5,490 nt of DNA from Candidatus Iainarchaeum sp. Its GTDB lineage: Archaea; Iainarchaeota; Iainarchaeia; Iainarchaeales; CSSED10-239. Positions 5,250 to 5,490 of the stretch are shown one piece after another; position 1 is the first letter of the stretch, and the number at the start of each line of letters is the position of its first letter. Where the stretch lies: assembly GCA_028693335.1 (NCBI GenBank), contig JAQUVR010000048.1:1-5490 (forward strand), read 5' to 3'. Made by a program: the position numbers and the translations under genes. A model generated the notes under the pieces. It saw only the letters and a program-made list of their open reading frames with translations, searched no databases and was not told the origin of the DNA.

Positions 5250-5490
5250 TTAATGAAAATCAGGAGCCTCTTTCTTCTTTCCAAATACCTGTGCAGCAAT
5301 CGCAGAGGTAAAAAACAAAGCTAATGCACTTGTCACAATAGATCCTTCTTGGCTTTTTGCAAGATCTGCTTTTAAAGATTCTAAAACTTGTGGATGAATG
5401 TTTCTTATTTCTTTAGAAAAATTAGAATTAATCTCTTTTCTAAAAATCATTTCTACTTTTTCAAGAGGTAAGGATAAAAGATATAATCTG
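5250..5490 (-). CDS. Hypothetical protein, C-terminal portion with a tail-anchor-like hydrophobic segment (probably continues beyond the window)
   Basis: The track lists a 66-aa ORF from the ATG at 5450. The same frame stays open to the window edge (RLYLLSLPLEKVE-MIFRKE...), and no SD-like element precedes the ATG. The C-terminus is SIVTSALALFFTSAIAAQVFGKKKEAPDFH, one hydrophobic helix plus a short charged tail. No family was recognised. Confidence 0.4.
   Translation of the reverse strand, partial: RLYLLSLPLEKVEMIFRKEINSNFSKEIRNIHPQVLESLKADLAKSQEGSIVTSALALFFTSAIAAQVFGKKKEAPDFH

Noticed and set aside
1-5490. Scan for tRNA or rRNA genes, CRISPR repeats, transposase or integrase genes, and long direct or inverted repeats flanking the pilin cluster
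   Set aside because: I saw nothing convincing. The only recurring nucleotide strings belong to the paralogous pilin coding sequences, for example ATTATTGGAGAAA at 2146-2158 and 2638-2650, which encodes the SPII motif. The intergenic regions are too AT-rich and too short for structured RNA genes.

Overview
This is a very AT-rich window (by eye about 20-30% G+C), tightly packed with genes, and most likely archaeal. The archaeal call rests on two adjacent proteins whose N-termini carry the archaeal class III (type IV pilin-like) signal K-A-[LV]-S-P-I-I followed by a hydrophobic helix. A pyrB-pyrI pair, oligo-T tracts directly after stop codons and a TATA-like box about 30 nt upstream of a start codon are consistent with this. 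TAA, TAG and TGA all act as stops, so there is no sign of recoding. Plus strand: the 3' end of pyrB, then pyrI, then a stand-alone DHH/DHHA1 phosphoesterase. Minus strand, 5' to 3': a partial tail-anchored hypothetical protein that is open to the window edge, a PLP-dependent ornithine (or lysine/ornithine) decarboxylase, an MscS-family mechanosensitive channel, an 89-aa two-helix membrane protein, and two tandem paralogous pilin-like genes. I found no rRNA, tRNA, CRISPR array, transposase or integrase. The most unusual content is the pilin pair. The two genes overlap by 8 nt, each product has exactly four positionally conserved cysteines including a pair at the extreme C-terminus, and they share one conserved N-glycosylation sequon. 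They sit directly behind an unassignable small membrane protein, and no pilus assembly genes are present in the window. All functional calls come from motif recognition by eye. No database search was run.
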